Below the pieces are notes generated by a model. That model worked only from the letters and a program-made list of their open reading frames with translations. It searched no databases and was not told the origin of the DNA. Positions 10,101 to 19,848 of a stretch of DNA of 64,000 bases are shown here, piece by piece. A program made the position numbers and the translations under genes. The stretch comes from Candidatus Latescibacterota bacterium (lineage in GTDB: Bacteria > Latescibacterota > UBA2968 > UBA8231). The stretch lies in the NCBI GenBank assembly GCA_965261395.1, contig OZ253462.1, forward strand, positions 5,664,001-5,728,000, read 5' to 3'. How positions within the stretch are numbered: position 1 is the first letter of the stretch; each line of letters begins with the position of its first letter.

Positions 10101-10723
10101 AGCTTGTCGAGGCGTGCGATGACGAGGTTGGCCTCCAAAAACCAGTTGCCAGTGCGGGCGGCTTCGAGCTTGTCGTTGGTCATAATCTCAAAGGGCAACT
10201 GGAAGCGCTGAGAGAGTTCGTCCTGCCATTGCTCGGCGAGGCTACCGGGGCAGACGATCAGGCATCGCTCGAGATCGCCGCGGGCGATCAGCTCCTTGAT
10301 GAGTAGGCCCGCCATGATGGTCTTACCGGCACCCGGATCGTCGGCGAGGAGAAAGCGCAGCGGTTGGCGCGGCAGCATGGATTCGTACACCGCGGTGATC
10401 TGATGGGGCAGTGGCTCGACGACCGAGGTGTGGACCGCCAGCACGGGATCGAACAGATGCGCGAGGCGGATGCGCAGGGCCTCAGACACCAGCCGGAACA
10501 GGGCCCCGTCGCCGTCAAAACTCCACGGCTGCCCCTGTTCTGCCACTTCGAGCCGCGCCTCGTCAGAGCGGTAGAGCAGCTCATTGGCCACCTTGCCGTC
10601 CGGGGTTTTGTAGGTCAGTTCTAGAGCCTGCGAGCCAAACCAATGCACGCTGACGACCACCACGAGGCCATCGGTGAGAATGCCGCGCACTGCGGCGTTA
10701 GGCTGGAGATCTTCGAGCGTCAC
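7190..10723 (-). CDS. SNF2-family helicase with C-terminal DUF3883 PD-(D/E)XK nuclease domain
   Basis: [10 protein letters not shown] (Walker A), DEAH, [31 protein letters not shown]; C-terminal GYDIES...FIEVKGR. Confidence 0.92.
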   Translation of the reverse strand: [1177 protein letters not shown]

Positions 10724-10731
10724 TTCCCGAC

Positions 10732-13700
10732 CTATTCCCGTTCAAAACCCTGGCTGGAGAACTTGAGCGTGCGGCTGTTCTCGGTGACGGTGCGCACGAC
10801 GTGATCGGGCGCACCCGAGGGGATTTCGGCTTCTATCTCCAAGGTCACGGTCACTTTGGCACCTACCAAGCCGGCGAGATGGGCAATGACCTCATCGGCG
10901 ATCTGGCTCGCGTCGCGACCGACGCGGGTAGCATCGAGGGACACGGCCCCGTGAAAGCGCCGCGCTTTCTGTTCGGGTGGGGGAGGCGTTGGCTCTGGAT
11001 GGGTGCCGGTACCGGCCGATGCGCTAGCGCTCGGCTCAGCGACGCCGACGCCCGCCCCGGTTGCCGGTGCCGCTGGCTCTGCCTCCTGCTGTGCGATCGC
11101 GGCTGCGGGCTTGACTAGCAGCCCATCGCTTTCAGGGCTAAGCAGGGGGACCTCACGGCCACAGCGGAGTCCGCGATAACGGCTCGCGGCTTCATCGAAA
11201 GAATCGGCGTAGGCGAACGATTCGTCTGTCCAGAGGAGGAGCCCCAACCCGTCTTGAATGGCCCTAATTAGGATCTCTGGACCAGCGAGGCGGGGGAGGT
11301 ACAGGTAGCGGGCGAAGTGGTCTGCCAACTGGCGGATTTCCACGTGATCGCCGCGCCACAAGGGCACCCGGTCCAGTTCCATTCGCAGGCGCGTGCCCGC
11401 GAGCACCGGCACCAACAGCTCTTCTGAGCGCAGTTTCTTGCTGGCGCGTACGGCGAGCGGGTCCTGCCCAGTCAGCCGCAGGGCCTGCCACTCGACCGCC
11501 GCTTGGGGTGTGGATTGCACTGGCGCGAGGAGCCACTGATAGGCCTCCGGCAGCCGTCCAACCACGGCACCATCCTCCGACTTCAACTGCGCTTCGGCTT
11601 GCCGCACCTGATGCGGGTCGAGGTTCAGAGTTTCTTTGTCTTGGAGGATGGACGACCACGCCAACCAGCGACGAATCGCTTCATCCAGGTCCTGCAGGCG
11701 GGTCTGGTCCACGGCAAGGAAGACCAGCGTATTGCGAAAGAGGCGCGGGGTGTTGCCGCGATTTTCGAGTATGGCGGTGGCTGCGGCCTGCGCCTTGCTG
11801 TTCGACCCGCTGCTGTGTGGGTGCTCAGTCCCTAGCACCACCAGACGGGCCTCCATGTCGTCGGGGATATCAGCGCCGGATTGCGGCACCGTATGGATGC
11901 GCTGGAAGTCGCCCGTGGCGCGCAGGTCGGTGCGCAACCGCTGCTCGATCTCGGCCACCACTGGCGCGGGATCGCGCCTGAATTGATCGGCCCGGTCTTC
12001 CGCCAGCTTGGTGACAGTCGGCTGCGTTGAGTACCAGTAGCGCGGGCCATCCTGATAGAGGAAGGTCGCCTGCGTGCTCAGGCGACGCAGGGCATCGCCA
12101 AAGATCGCTGGTGTTTCACCCGGCATCGCGCAGCCGAGCTTGATCCGGCGGTCCTCAATGCCGCGATTGGCCACCGAGGTCGTCGGCGCGGAGCCGAGGT
12201 ACACGGTGCGCGCTACCCGGCGAGTCGCGGAGAATTTGCCCAAGTTCGCCACCTCGCCGTCAATGCGCTGCGGCAGTGCATTCGGGCCATCGACATCCGC
12301 CTCGATGATCGGCGTCCAGTTGTCGGACAGATAGCGGGTCAACTCGTTGCGGACGTGCGGGTCGTCGATGGGGATGTGTGCTGGCATGATCAGCGGGTTG
12401 CGGTCGCCGCGGTCCCACAGACTGTGGATGACGGCGGCCATCAGACGCAGGACGCCGCGCGTGCGCTGAAACTTCACTAGCGCGGACCAGTCCGTGTAGA
12501 GCCGGTCGAAGACTTCTGGATGGATTGGATAGGCAGCACGCAGGCGGCGCTCGTAGTCGGCGTCCCGGCATTCGGTAGGGAACTCCTGCTGCTGGGCGCG
12601 GTAGAAGTCGGCAAAGGTGCGTGAGACATTGTCGCGGGCCGTGAAATGCTCGCGCTCGCTCAAGGGTTCAAATAGACGGCGGCGCACGATCTCAAAGCCT
12701 TCTTCGGTACTCGCTGGCGTCCAGGAGGATTCGACGCGGCCAATGACATTCTTGAGCCGCGACAGCGCCGCCCGGCCGCGGAGGCCACCGACTTCCTCGT
12801 CTTCACCTTGGGCATGGGGGGAGGTCGCCGTATCCGATGACGGCAAGCTGATCACCAGCAGGCAATGGTTCGCCGCCCGCGCGGATTCGGTCAAGGTCTG
12901 GGCAAAGCTGAAGTGGGTTTCGAAACTGCCGGCTGGCAGGTCGGCGTCGTCGTGCAACTGGCGGGCGTAGGCGACCCATTCGTCGATCAGAATGAGGCAC
13001 GGTCCATATTCGTTCATCAATTCGCGGAGGGCGTCGCCTGGGTTGGTGGCGCGCTCGTCGTCCTGCCGCACTTTGTCGAATGCCGCTTTGCCGCCGAGTT
13101 GCCAAGCGAGTTCGCCCCACAGTGTCCTGACCACGGTGCCGTCATCTTTTGCCGACGGATTGCCGGGCGAGATCTTGTTGCCGACCAGCACGACCCGTTT
13201 GACATGGTCGGGCCGTGCGGCGATTTCGGCTGACGCTATCAGGTCGTCGATGCCGAGCAACTCGCCGGTTGGCATTCCAGAGAATAGATGGTACAGGGCT
13301 AGCATCGAGTGGGTTTTGCCGCCGCCGAAGTTGGTCTGTAGTTCCACCACTGGATCGCCGCCCTGACCGCTTAGCCGCTGCATCGCCCCGCTGAGTAAGC
13401 CCTTCAGGCTTTCCGTCAGATAGGTGCGGCGAAAGAACTCTGCTGGGTTGCGGTACTCGTCGGTTCCTTCACCGATATGGACCTGCCATAGGTCTGCGGC
13501 GAACTCGGCCTGTTGGTAGCCGCCGCTGGCCACGTCGCGATGCGGGGCTACGACTTCGCGCCAGGGCTTTAGGCTGCCGGTGGCTTGGCTCTCGACGGTG
13601 GTGCCCGCGCCGCGCCGGCGCTCGCTGCGCGCCTGCTCCTCAAAGACCAGACGGCGCAGTTCCGTCTTCATGCGATTGACTTCGTCTGCTTGCGATGCGG

Positions 13701-14070
13701 AAACGGCTGTTAGCAGGCGGGCGATAGAGTCGAGGGTGCGGTCGGCGTCGTCGCTGGAGAAGCTGTCTTGATGCGCCCACTTGTTGCGCTGGTCGCGGAT
13801 TTCGTTGACGAGGCTGCGCTCGGCACGGCCCAGTACAGTGCGGAACACGTCGTTCCACGTTTCCCACATGAGCTTGAGGAGTGCGGCTACGTCCCACTGG
13901 TCTACGGGCTTGTCCGTCAGGTGTGGATCATCGGCAAAGCGCCGGATCGTGTCCATGTGTACAACACGGGCTTTGATTTTGTCTTGGAGTTCGCGCTCGA
14001 CAAATGGGCCAAGCCCGGCCTTGAGGAGTTCGAGTGCTTTGCCGACGCGTTCTTGATTGGTAATAGCCAT
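10732..14070 (-). CDS. DUF499 AAA+ ATPase with N-terminal Swt1-like HEPN domain
   Basis: HEPN Rx4H motif RNKWAH; EFAADL; Walker A LQTNFGGGKTH; Walker B LILIDE; YPIHP; FQRTRGVLR. Confidence 0.9.
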   Translation of the reverse strand: MAITNQERVGKALELLKAGLGPFVERELQDKIKARVVHMDTIRRFADDPHLTDKPVDQWDVAALLKLMWETWNDVFRTVLGRAERSLVNEIRDQRNKWAHQDSFSSDDADRTLDSIARLLTAVSASQADEVNRMKTELRRLVFEEQARSERRRGAGTTVESQATGSLKPWREVVAPHRDVASGGYQQAEFAADLWQVHIGEGTDEYRNPAEFFRRTYLTESLKGLLSGAMQRLSGQGGDPVVELQTNFGGGKTHSMLALYHLFSGMPTGELLGIDDLIASAEIAARPDHVKRVVLVGNKISPGNPSAKDDGTVVRTLWGELAWQLGGKAAFDKVRQDDERATNPGDALRELMNEYGPCLILIDEWVAYARQLHDDADLPAGSFETHFSFAQTLTESARAANHCLLVISLPSSDTATSPHAQGEDEEVGGLRGRAALSRLKNVIGRVESSWTPASTEEGFEIVRRRLFEPLSEREHFTARDNVSRTFADFYRAQQQEFPTECRDADYERRLRAAYPIHPEVFDRLYTDWSALVKFQRTRGVLRLMAAVIHSLWDRGDRNPLIMPAHIPIDDPHVRNELTRYLSDNWTPIIEADVDGPNALPQRIDGEVANLGKFSATRRVARTVYLGSAPTTSVANRGIEDRRIKLGCAMPGETPAIFGDALRRLSTQATFLYQDGPRYWYSTQPTVTKLAEDRADQFRRDPAPVVAEIEQRLRTDLRATGDFQRIHTVPQSGADIPDDMEARLVVLGTEHPHSSGSNSKAQAAATAILENRGNTPRLFRNTLVFLAVDQTRLQDLDEAIRRWLAWSSILQDKETLNLDPHQVRQAEAQLKSEDGAVVGRLPEAYQWLLAPVQSTPQAAVEWQALRLTGQDPLAVRASKKLRSEELLVPVLAGTRLRMELDRVPLWRGDHVEIRQLADHFARYLYLPRLAGPEILIRAIQDGLGLLLWTDESFAYADSFDEAASRYRGLRCGREVPLLSPESDGLLVKPAAAIAQQEAEPAAPATGAGVGVAEPSASASAGTGTHPEPTPPPPEQKARRFHGAVSLDATRVGRDASQIADEVIAHLAGLVGAKVTVTLEIEAEIPSGAPDHVVRTVTENSRTLKFSSQGFERE

Positions 14071-14093
14071 GTCTTATTCCTCACTCGTTGTCG

Positions 14094-14258
14094 TCAATCA
14101 GGCTGTAATCGGGATTGCTTGCGTTCGACAAACTTATTCAGCGGTTGTGCGCCGCTCAAACTCGGCGCTATCGAGTTGTAAACCCCTCGTGCCTGCGACA
14201 CTGCCGTCGCGAAACGAAGCCAGCGGCGAGCTTCGTCAACGAGTTCAGGATCGTTCAT
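14094..14258 (-). pseudogene. HEPN toxin remnant (large internal deletion plus probable frameshift)
   Basis: Manual translation from ATG 14258 (overlapping the MNT gene end) gives [17 protein letters not shown] joined directly to TAVSQARGVYNSIA, resembling the first and last helices of a HEPN protein. A shifted frame reads AEFERRTTAE*. Confidence 0.65.
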
Positions 14259-14571
14259 AGAGAACCTTTCCTTCGCGGAGAGCTGAACGCAACGCGGTTC
14301 CTACAAGGTGCCCGCGACGAGCGACTTCCTCGGGAGTCGCTACTACTATGTCCTTGCATACTGGCAGATCGCCCAAGGCCCGGCGGATTTCGATCGCCGT
14401 GTGACGCTTGTCGGACACATTGGGCAGAATTACGAGCAGGTCCACGTCGCTCCATTCGGTTGCCGTGCCCCGTGCATGAGATCCGAAGAGGACGACCCGC
14501 GAAGGCTGGAAGCCTTTCACTATGCGGTCCACCATAGTTGATATAAACGTTTCCGAGGCGGCTACATTCAT
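14245..14571 (-). CDS. Minimal nucleotidyltransferase (MNT/MntA-type antitoxin)
   Basis: LFGSHARG....SDVDLLV (GSx10DxD) and C-terminal EGKVLY. Confidence 0.92.
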   Translation of the reverse strand: MNVAASETFISTMVDRIVKGFQPSRVVLFGSHARGTATEWSDVDLLVILPNVSDKRHTAIEIRRALGDLPVCKDIVVATPEEVARRGHLVGTALRSALREGKVLYERS

Positions 14572-17519
14572 GTTGCACCTCCCGCAGCTCCATCACCGAA
14601 CAGCCCGCCCTGTTCGAGTGGTGCCTCCTGCCGCTCCTTTCGCGCTAGGTCGGAGATTTCGGGCCAGCTCTGTACTAGGCTGTTGTAGGAGAGGGCTTCG
14701 GCGGCGCGGCGCTTGCGTTCACAGATGGTGTAGAGGCGGTAGGCCAGTTCGCGGGCGATGTCGGCTTTTGCGCCGAGTTGGGCCTCGACCCGCGCTGCTT
14801 CTGGCTCGCCGCCGGTTTCTAGGGCGCGGATGAGGTGGTGGACGGCCTCCCATACGGTGAGCCGGTCGTCGGTGGTTGGGTCCCAGTCATCGGCTAATTC
14901 GTCTGGACGCAGCAGGCGCACCTTGCCCGCGCTGGAGGCGAGGATGCCGCCTTCGACGATGCCGGCGATGCTGGTGTTTTTGGCTTTGGACAGGGTTTCG
15001 GCGACGCCGTATTCGCCCTCGTCGAAGCCTTGCTGCTCGAACCACGCCAAGGCCCAGCGGCTGTCGGCGTCGAAGTCGCCTTCCTGCTCGGCTAGCACTT
15101 CGTCGAGTAGCTGGTTGATGAGCGCTAGGGCCTCGCGCACGGAGACGGGTTTGCCCTCGGCATCGAGCACTTTGGCGTAGCGGGTGAACACGGCCATGCC
15201 GGGGCCGATGGCGGCTTGGGCGAGATCGACTGGGGCGATGTTGCCGGATTGCAGGTGGGCGAAGGCCGTGGGGAGCTCGGCTCTCAACGCGGCGACGAAT
15301 TCGCGGCGGGTGACCATTGGTGCGTTGGCAGGGCGCTGGCGGCAGACGAGGACGATGCTGGAGGCGAGGGCGTTGGTGCCAGCGCCGATCATGCGATTGC
15401 TCAATTCGGTGCGCATCGGCCAAGTACCGGTGATGGAGAAGCCTGCGTGGATGACGGCATCGAGGAAGGTCTCCCAACCGGTACTGATCGTTCCCGTCTC
15501 TCCTTTCTTCTCTGATTGCTTGAAGGCGTAGTAGATGGATATCGGAAAGCCGGGGTGCGCTTGCTCGGCGAGGCGGCGCATGGCATCCGTCATTCCTGAA
15601 AGAAAAAAGGCCTCTGCCTTTTCCTTGTTGCCATGTCGGTATGATGTAGCGACCAATTCTTCGGCTTTTGGTACAGCGAGCGTGGAGAAGAGATCAGGGA
15701 AAATTGGTCTCAGTGGGCGGCGCAGCCAGACGTAGAAGAAGTCTGACAGGTCGGCGTAGCCGACATTGTCGTAATAAGGGGGATCCGTGGAAATCAGCTT
15801 ACGGAAGGATATCGCTTGCTCTACTGCACTAATTTGGAAGCACAAGCCAGCCGTTCCTCCCTTGAACTGCTTTTCAATAACTTCGCAGACGGACTTTGCA
15901 GTGCCAAATATGTCACCGCCAGCGCCTGCAAGCGGATTAGTCTCGGCAAAGTCCCACACCATAGGCAGCGCTTGACGACTGAATGTCCCGACAAGTTTGT
16001 CTCGGTGTTCCCATCGGCATAGGCTTGTATTCCGGTCACAAGCCTTACTCTGTGCAAAAGCCAGATACACACCCATCGCCTCGGCATACGCCATCGCGCC
16101 AGCACCCTCATTCCGTAGCGGTCGTACGTCATTGGGCAAATCGGCGCTGGCGGCATCCTGCTTGACGCGCTCCATTGCTTCCGTTACCAAGTCGGAGAAG
16201 GTGGTCAGGGCGACCAGTTGGCGGGGGGTGAAGAGGTCTGCAAAGGTACTCATGCCGTAGAGAGGGAGCTGATCTCGACACTTACCGATTAATTCATTAT
16301 CCGGCCGCCACTCTGGCGTCGCTTGGTCTGCAACCGCCTCCTGATCTGGCCTCGGCGCAAGATAAACCCTGCCCCGATCTCCCTCGACTACGATCGCCAT
16401 TAGCCGTGCCCCCATCCGCCCGGCCTGTCCCTCGGCCTTGATATAGCCCCCTGCAATCGGTGTCCCCGACATCACGCAGCGGAAGTTTGCTCCTCGCGCC
16501 AGCTTGGTCCCCACCTTCGCCTCCTCCGCATCCTCCGGCGTTCCCACCTTCACCACAAACCGATACCCACGCCCCTCAATCACCGGTTCGACATACGCCT
16601 CCTTCCCCTTCTTCGTCGAAAGCATAAAGGTCGCGGCCAGCGGCACCTCCACATCGGCAAACGCCGGATTCGGGCTTCTCACCGTCCGCGCCCACAGCCA
16701 CGCAATCACCGTCAGCTTGCGCCCCTTGTATCGCTCAAGATCGGGCCGCTCCCGCACCATCTCCTCGGTAATCTCAACCTGCGGATACAAATGCCCAATG
16801 CGCCGCGCGGCTTCGTCGCGCATCCACTGGCCATAGTAGCGCACATCCTCGGCCAGCCCCTGCGCCCCCTTCCATTCGCGCTCGATCAGACTCCTTTCCT
16901 CACGGGATGCCGGATTCACCGGCGACTGACCGGCGAACTTCGGCGGAATCTCGATCATGGCCTTGTTGATGAGCACTGCCACCGGATTGAGGTCGCTGGC
17001 ATGAGCTTCAAGCCCCAACCGCTGCGCTTCCAACGGCAAGGCACCGCCGCCAGCAAACGGATCGTGAAAGGCCGGCAGCTTGTCCGGGTCGAACAATTCG
17101 GCAGCACGCGGGTGGTCGGCATGGTCGGCACAGGTTCGCCGCCAGCTCTTGCGAATTTCCGTCCGCGCCTGTTCCAGCACCTTCTCGTTAGTGGTATTCT
17201 CCCACTTCACCAATTCTTCGATGAGGTGGAACAGCCGCTCGCGCTCCTTTTCTTGGTCGGCCTCCGTAGGAAACAGATCGGGATGCGCCGACGGATCATC
17301 GACCATCTGCGCGAAAATCACTGCCCGCGCCGCGGCCAACGGCCGCCGCGCCCACCACAAATGCAGCGTACTCGGATGCCCGTGCCGAATCGACTTCTCC
17401 CGCGCCGAGGCGGCGTTGATCGCGTCGAGCGGCAGGGCGACTTCAATGAGTTTTTTGCGGGAGTTGGCTAGTGGTGTAGGTAGTGTATCCGTTTGAAGTT
17501 CTAGGGTTTCATGCTTCAT
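14568..17519 (-). CDS. DUF1156-containing amino-DNA methyltransferase
   Basis: [24 protein letters not shown], motif I DPFAGGG, motif IV TDPPYYD. Confidence 0.92.
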   Translation of the reverse strand: MKHETLELQTDTLPTPLANSRKKLIEVALPLDAINAASAREKSIRHGHPSTLHLWWARRPLAAARAVIFAQMVDDPSAHPDLFPTEADQEKERERLFHLIEELVKWENTTNEKVLEQARTEIRKSWRRTCADHADHPRAAELFDPDKLPAFHDPFAGGGALPLEAQRLGLEAHASDLNPVAVLINKAMIEIPPKFAGQSPVNPASREERSLIEREWKGAQGLAEDVRYYGQWMRDEAARRIGHLYPQVEITEEMVRERPDLERYKGRKLTVIAWLWARTVRSPNPAFADVEVPLAATFMLSTKKGKEAYVEPVIEGRGYRFVVKVGTPEDAEEAKVGTKLARGANFRCVMSGTPIAGGYIKAEGQAGRMGARLMAIVVEGDRGRVYLAPRPDQEAVADQATPEWRPDNELIGKCRDQLPLYGMSTFADLFTPRQLVALTTFSDLVTEAMERVKQDAASADLPNDVRPLRNEGAGAMAYAEAMGVYLAFAQSKACDRNTSLCRWEHRDKLVGTFSRQALPMVWDFAETNPLAGAGGDIFGTAKSVCEVIEKQFKGGTAGLCFQISAVEQAISFRKLISTDPPYYDNVGYADLSDFFYVWLRRPLRPIFPDLFSTLAVPKAEELVATSYRHGNKEKAEAFFLSGMTDAMRRLAEQAHPGFPISIYYAFKQSEKKGETGTISTGWETFLDAVIHAGFSITGTWPMRTELSNRMIGAGTNALASSIVLVCRQRPANAPMVTRREFVAALRAELPTAFAHLQSGNIAPVDLAQAAIGPGMAVFTRYAKVLDAEGKPVSVREALALINQLLDEVLAEQEGDFDADSRWALAWFEQQGFDEGEYGVAETLSKAKNTSIAGIVEGGILASSAGKVRLLRPDELADDWDPTTDDRLTVWEAVHHLIRALETGGEPEAARVEAQLGAKADIARELAYRLYTICERKRRAAEALSYNSLVQSWPEISDLARKERQEAPLEQGGLFGDGAAGGAT

Positions 17520-17650
17520 GGACGTACTAATCCCTGATGTTCTGATTGATTGGGGCGTCAGATCATAAAAAAACCTAAACCTTTTCGCCAGAGAGCATCT
17601 TTTTTATTTCTAAACTGTCCAACATTCCCTAGGTAGTGTATTCGTTTGAA
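17477..17650. repeat. 21-bp direct repeat pair (17477-17497 and 17630-17650)
   Basis: TAGGTAGTGTATCCGTTTGAA vs TAGGTAGTGTATTCGTTTGAA (one mismatch); both are followed shortly by TAGGG. Confidence 0.8.
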
Positions 17651-17727
17651 AATTAGGGGAATTATCGGTAGTTCCGCCGGCGTCCTCGGTCTGGCCGGTG
17701 TCTTTCCCTTACCTGCGCCCGATGCGC

Positions 17728-18486
17728 TCACAAGTGGGCGGGGGGCAAATCGTCGTTTCTGCACGGCAAGAGGCGGTCGAGTATTCGCAACCTGGCTGCG
17801 GCGATAGGCATCTTCAGAGCGATCTTTGCTTGCCCAAGACTACGCAAGTAGCTGGATATGGAGAAAACCCATAGCTCGCTGAAGTGGCAGTCAGGACTAG
17901 GGCGAGTAGCGACCTGAAACAGGAAACTATCCGGCTCGTTTTCAGGGGCTATCGGTGTCCAGCAGATGAGCAACGGCTTGACGCACTCCCCCGATAGATC
18001 CTTGGGAATCTTCATTTTCTTAAGCACCTTGGCGCTCCCATCGTCTTTCAGGGATTGAATGTCTGGACTCCATGCATTCCGCCACTCTCTGGCCTTGTAA
18101 GCACGAAGTTCTTCAGTAGATGCGTTGAGTGCGATTGTTTTGCCACCAAACGCCTGAGCTGAAGAGTTCTTGATCTCTGTCTGAAATACCGTCCGTCCAC
18201 CGACGGGGCAATCCACTATGATCCATCTGTCTAGTCTAGGCCCTCTTAGACGACCCGTAGTAACCGACTCAGGGTAAATACAATCCTCATCCTCTATATA
18301 CCGGACGCAAACGGTAGCACCTTCGCTCTCTAGGTGTTTCTGAAAACATCCAGCGGCCAAGTCTTCGCCAATAACGGACACAATGCTAGTTGCCTGCTTA
18401 TATGCCCATTTAGGCACTTCGTCGAAAAAACGAAGTGTCTCTTGTACGTCTACGACAATCATTGACTGTTCCAAATCGTTGCTCAC
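17728..18486 (-). CDS. Hypothetical protein, putative PD-(D/E)XK restriction-endonuclease fold
   Basis: GEDL helix, then RLDRWI and QTEIKN (E...D...ExK pattern); same strand as and upstream of the methyltransferase. Confidence 0.55.
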   Translation of the reverse strand: MSNDLEQSMIVVDVQETLRFFDEVPKWAYKQATSIVSVIGEDLAAGCFQKHLESEGATVCVRYIEDEDCIYPESVTTGRLRGPRLDRWIIVDCPVGGRTVFQTEIKNSSAQAFGGKTIALNASTEELRAYKAREWRNAWSPDIQSLKDDGSAKVLKKMKIPKDLSGECVKPLLICWTPIAPENEPDSFLFQVATRPSPDCHFSELWVFSISSYLRSLGQAKIALKMPIAAARLRILDRLLPCRNDDLPPAHL

Positions 18487-18817
18487 GCTTCTATCTCCTC
18501 GGTTGGTGGTGTCGGCGGGGTCGATCCTCAGCCACTCAGTAAGAGGGCGCTCAATGCGGTAGCGGTCAAGCTCGGACGCCGTTGATCAGGCACAAAGGCA
18601 ACAGGGTTTTTTGATTACCGATAACGACGGTTCTGATTCGTCCTTTCTCTCTTTAAATGGCTCGTTATGAGGCATCCCACGCGCGCGTTGGGTCTCTCGA
18701 CTCGACTACCTTCTGCCACGTCCGCCGGCGCTCTCGGTCTTGTCCTTGACCTAGTAGAGGCGACCAGTACCTTCCAGTATTCATCACTGAGGCACACACA
18801 TCGAAAGGAACAGAGAT

Positions 18818-19096
18818 ATGGAATCAGAGGTATTACAAGCTCTTCAGGACTTGGGATTAGATCCGCAAGCCGCAGCCGCAGTAGTAGAAGAGATCAAGGA
18901 CTACATAGAGCAAGTCAAAGAGCAAGCCGCAGAGCAGGTCAAAGAGCGTGTCCTAGATTACTTCTCGGATAAATTGGGAATCGGAAGAAGCGAGCTTGAG
19001 CCTGTTATTATCCAGCTATCAGGGTCTCTTTCCGCGGGATCGCCACGGCTTTCGGGATCTCTACAGGTTGTAGATGCCGATGGAGTCAGTCCCTAG
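18818..19096 (+). CDS. Small acidic helical hypothetical protein
   Basis: ATG with AAGGA upstream; followed by an intrinsic terminator. Confidence 0.6.
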   Translation: MESEVLQALQDLGLDPQAAAAVVEEIKDYIEQVKEQAAEQVKERVLDYFSDKLGIGRSELEPVIIQLSGSLSAGSPRLSGSLQVVDADGVSP

Positions 19097-19107
19097 TCAA
19101 CCATCAC

Positions 19108-19139
19108 GGCGGCCAGCTTTGGAACTGGCCGCCTTTTTT
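19108..19139 (+). terminator. Rho-independent terminator
   Basis: GGCGGCCAG-CTTTGGAA-CTGGCCGCC followed by a T run. Confidence 0.8.
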
Positions 19140-19227
19140 GTGCCCGGATAGTCCCTAAAATCGGTTTTATATATATACTTGGCTACCCAAGCAATATCGA
19201 CGACTGGCACATTTGGAGGAGTGTGGA

Positions 19228-19812
19228 ATGCGTGACCACTCAGAATTCAAGGAATTCTTGGACCAACAGGCTTGTAAATACAGGAGGTGTCTCGAAGACA
19301 TATTTGGTCAATGTGACCAGCGATTTGTCTTCGGCACGATCAAGAAGTCAATCAGAGAAGACAAATCGCCGCACACGCAATTCCCAAACGAATTCCATTT
19401 CAATGGCGGTTGTTCTATTGATATTCATATTTCTGAAGGGGCTTGGCAGAATTGCTATAAAGATCAGGCCACATGGCAGCTTGCACACGAAAGCGTACAT
19501 CTTTTGGACCCAGTAGAGTTGAAAACAGCCACTTTTCTCGAAGAAGGGTTAGCAACGTGGTTTTCGGACGAACCTAAATACCACCATCCTCTAGTGCGGG
19601 CATACATCAAGGGGGGAATAAAGCACGAGCCACCCTATGACGAAGCCAAGAAGCTAGTGTGCCGTTGCATGCCACAGCTAAAATCTGTGGTAAAGAAAAT
19701 CCGTTCTTCGGGTGTGAGGATTCAGGATATTACTGCCGATAAACTTGCTCCTTGTTTGCCGAACGTAGACAGGGAGACGATTGAACGCCTTTGCAGTAGA
19801 ATATGGGTATAG
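19228..19812 (+). CDS. Putative zincin metallopeptidase (HExxH)
   Basis: QLAHESVHLL plus downstream LEEGLATWF (gluzincin-type third ligand); GGAGGAG RBS before ATG 19228. Confidence 0.6.
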   Translation: MRDHSEFKEFLDQQACKYRRCLEDIFGQCDQRFVFGTIKKSIREDKSPHTQFPNEFHFNGGCSIDIHISEGAWQNCYKDQATWQLAHESVHLLDPVELKTATFLEEGLATWFSDEPKYHHPLVRAYIKGGIKHEPPYDEAKKLVCRCMPQLKSVVKKIRSSGVRIQDITADKLAPCLPNVDRETIERLCSRIWV

Positions 19813-19848
19813 TCCATCGGTTCCGCCGGCGTCTTACTCCCAAGATAT

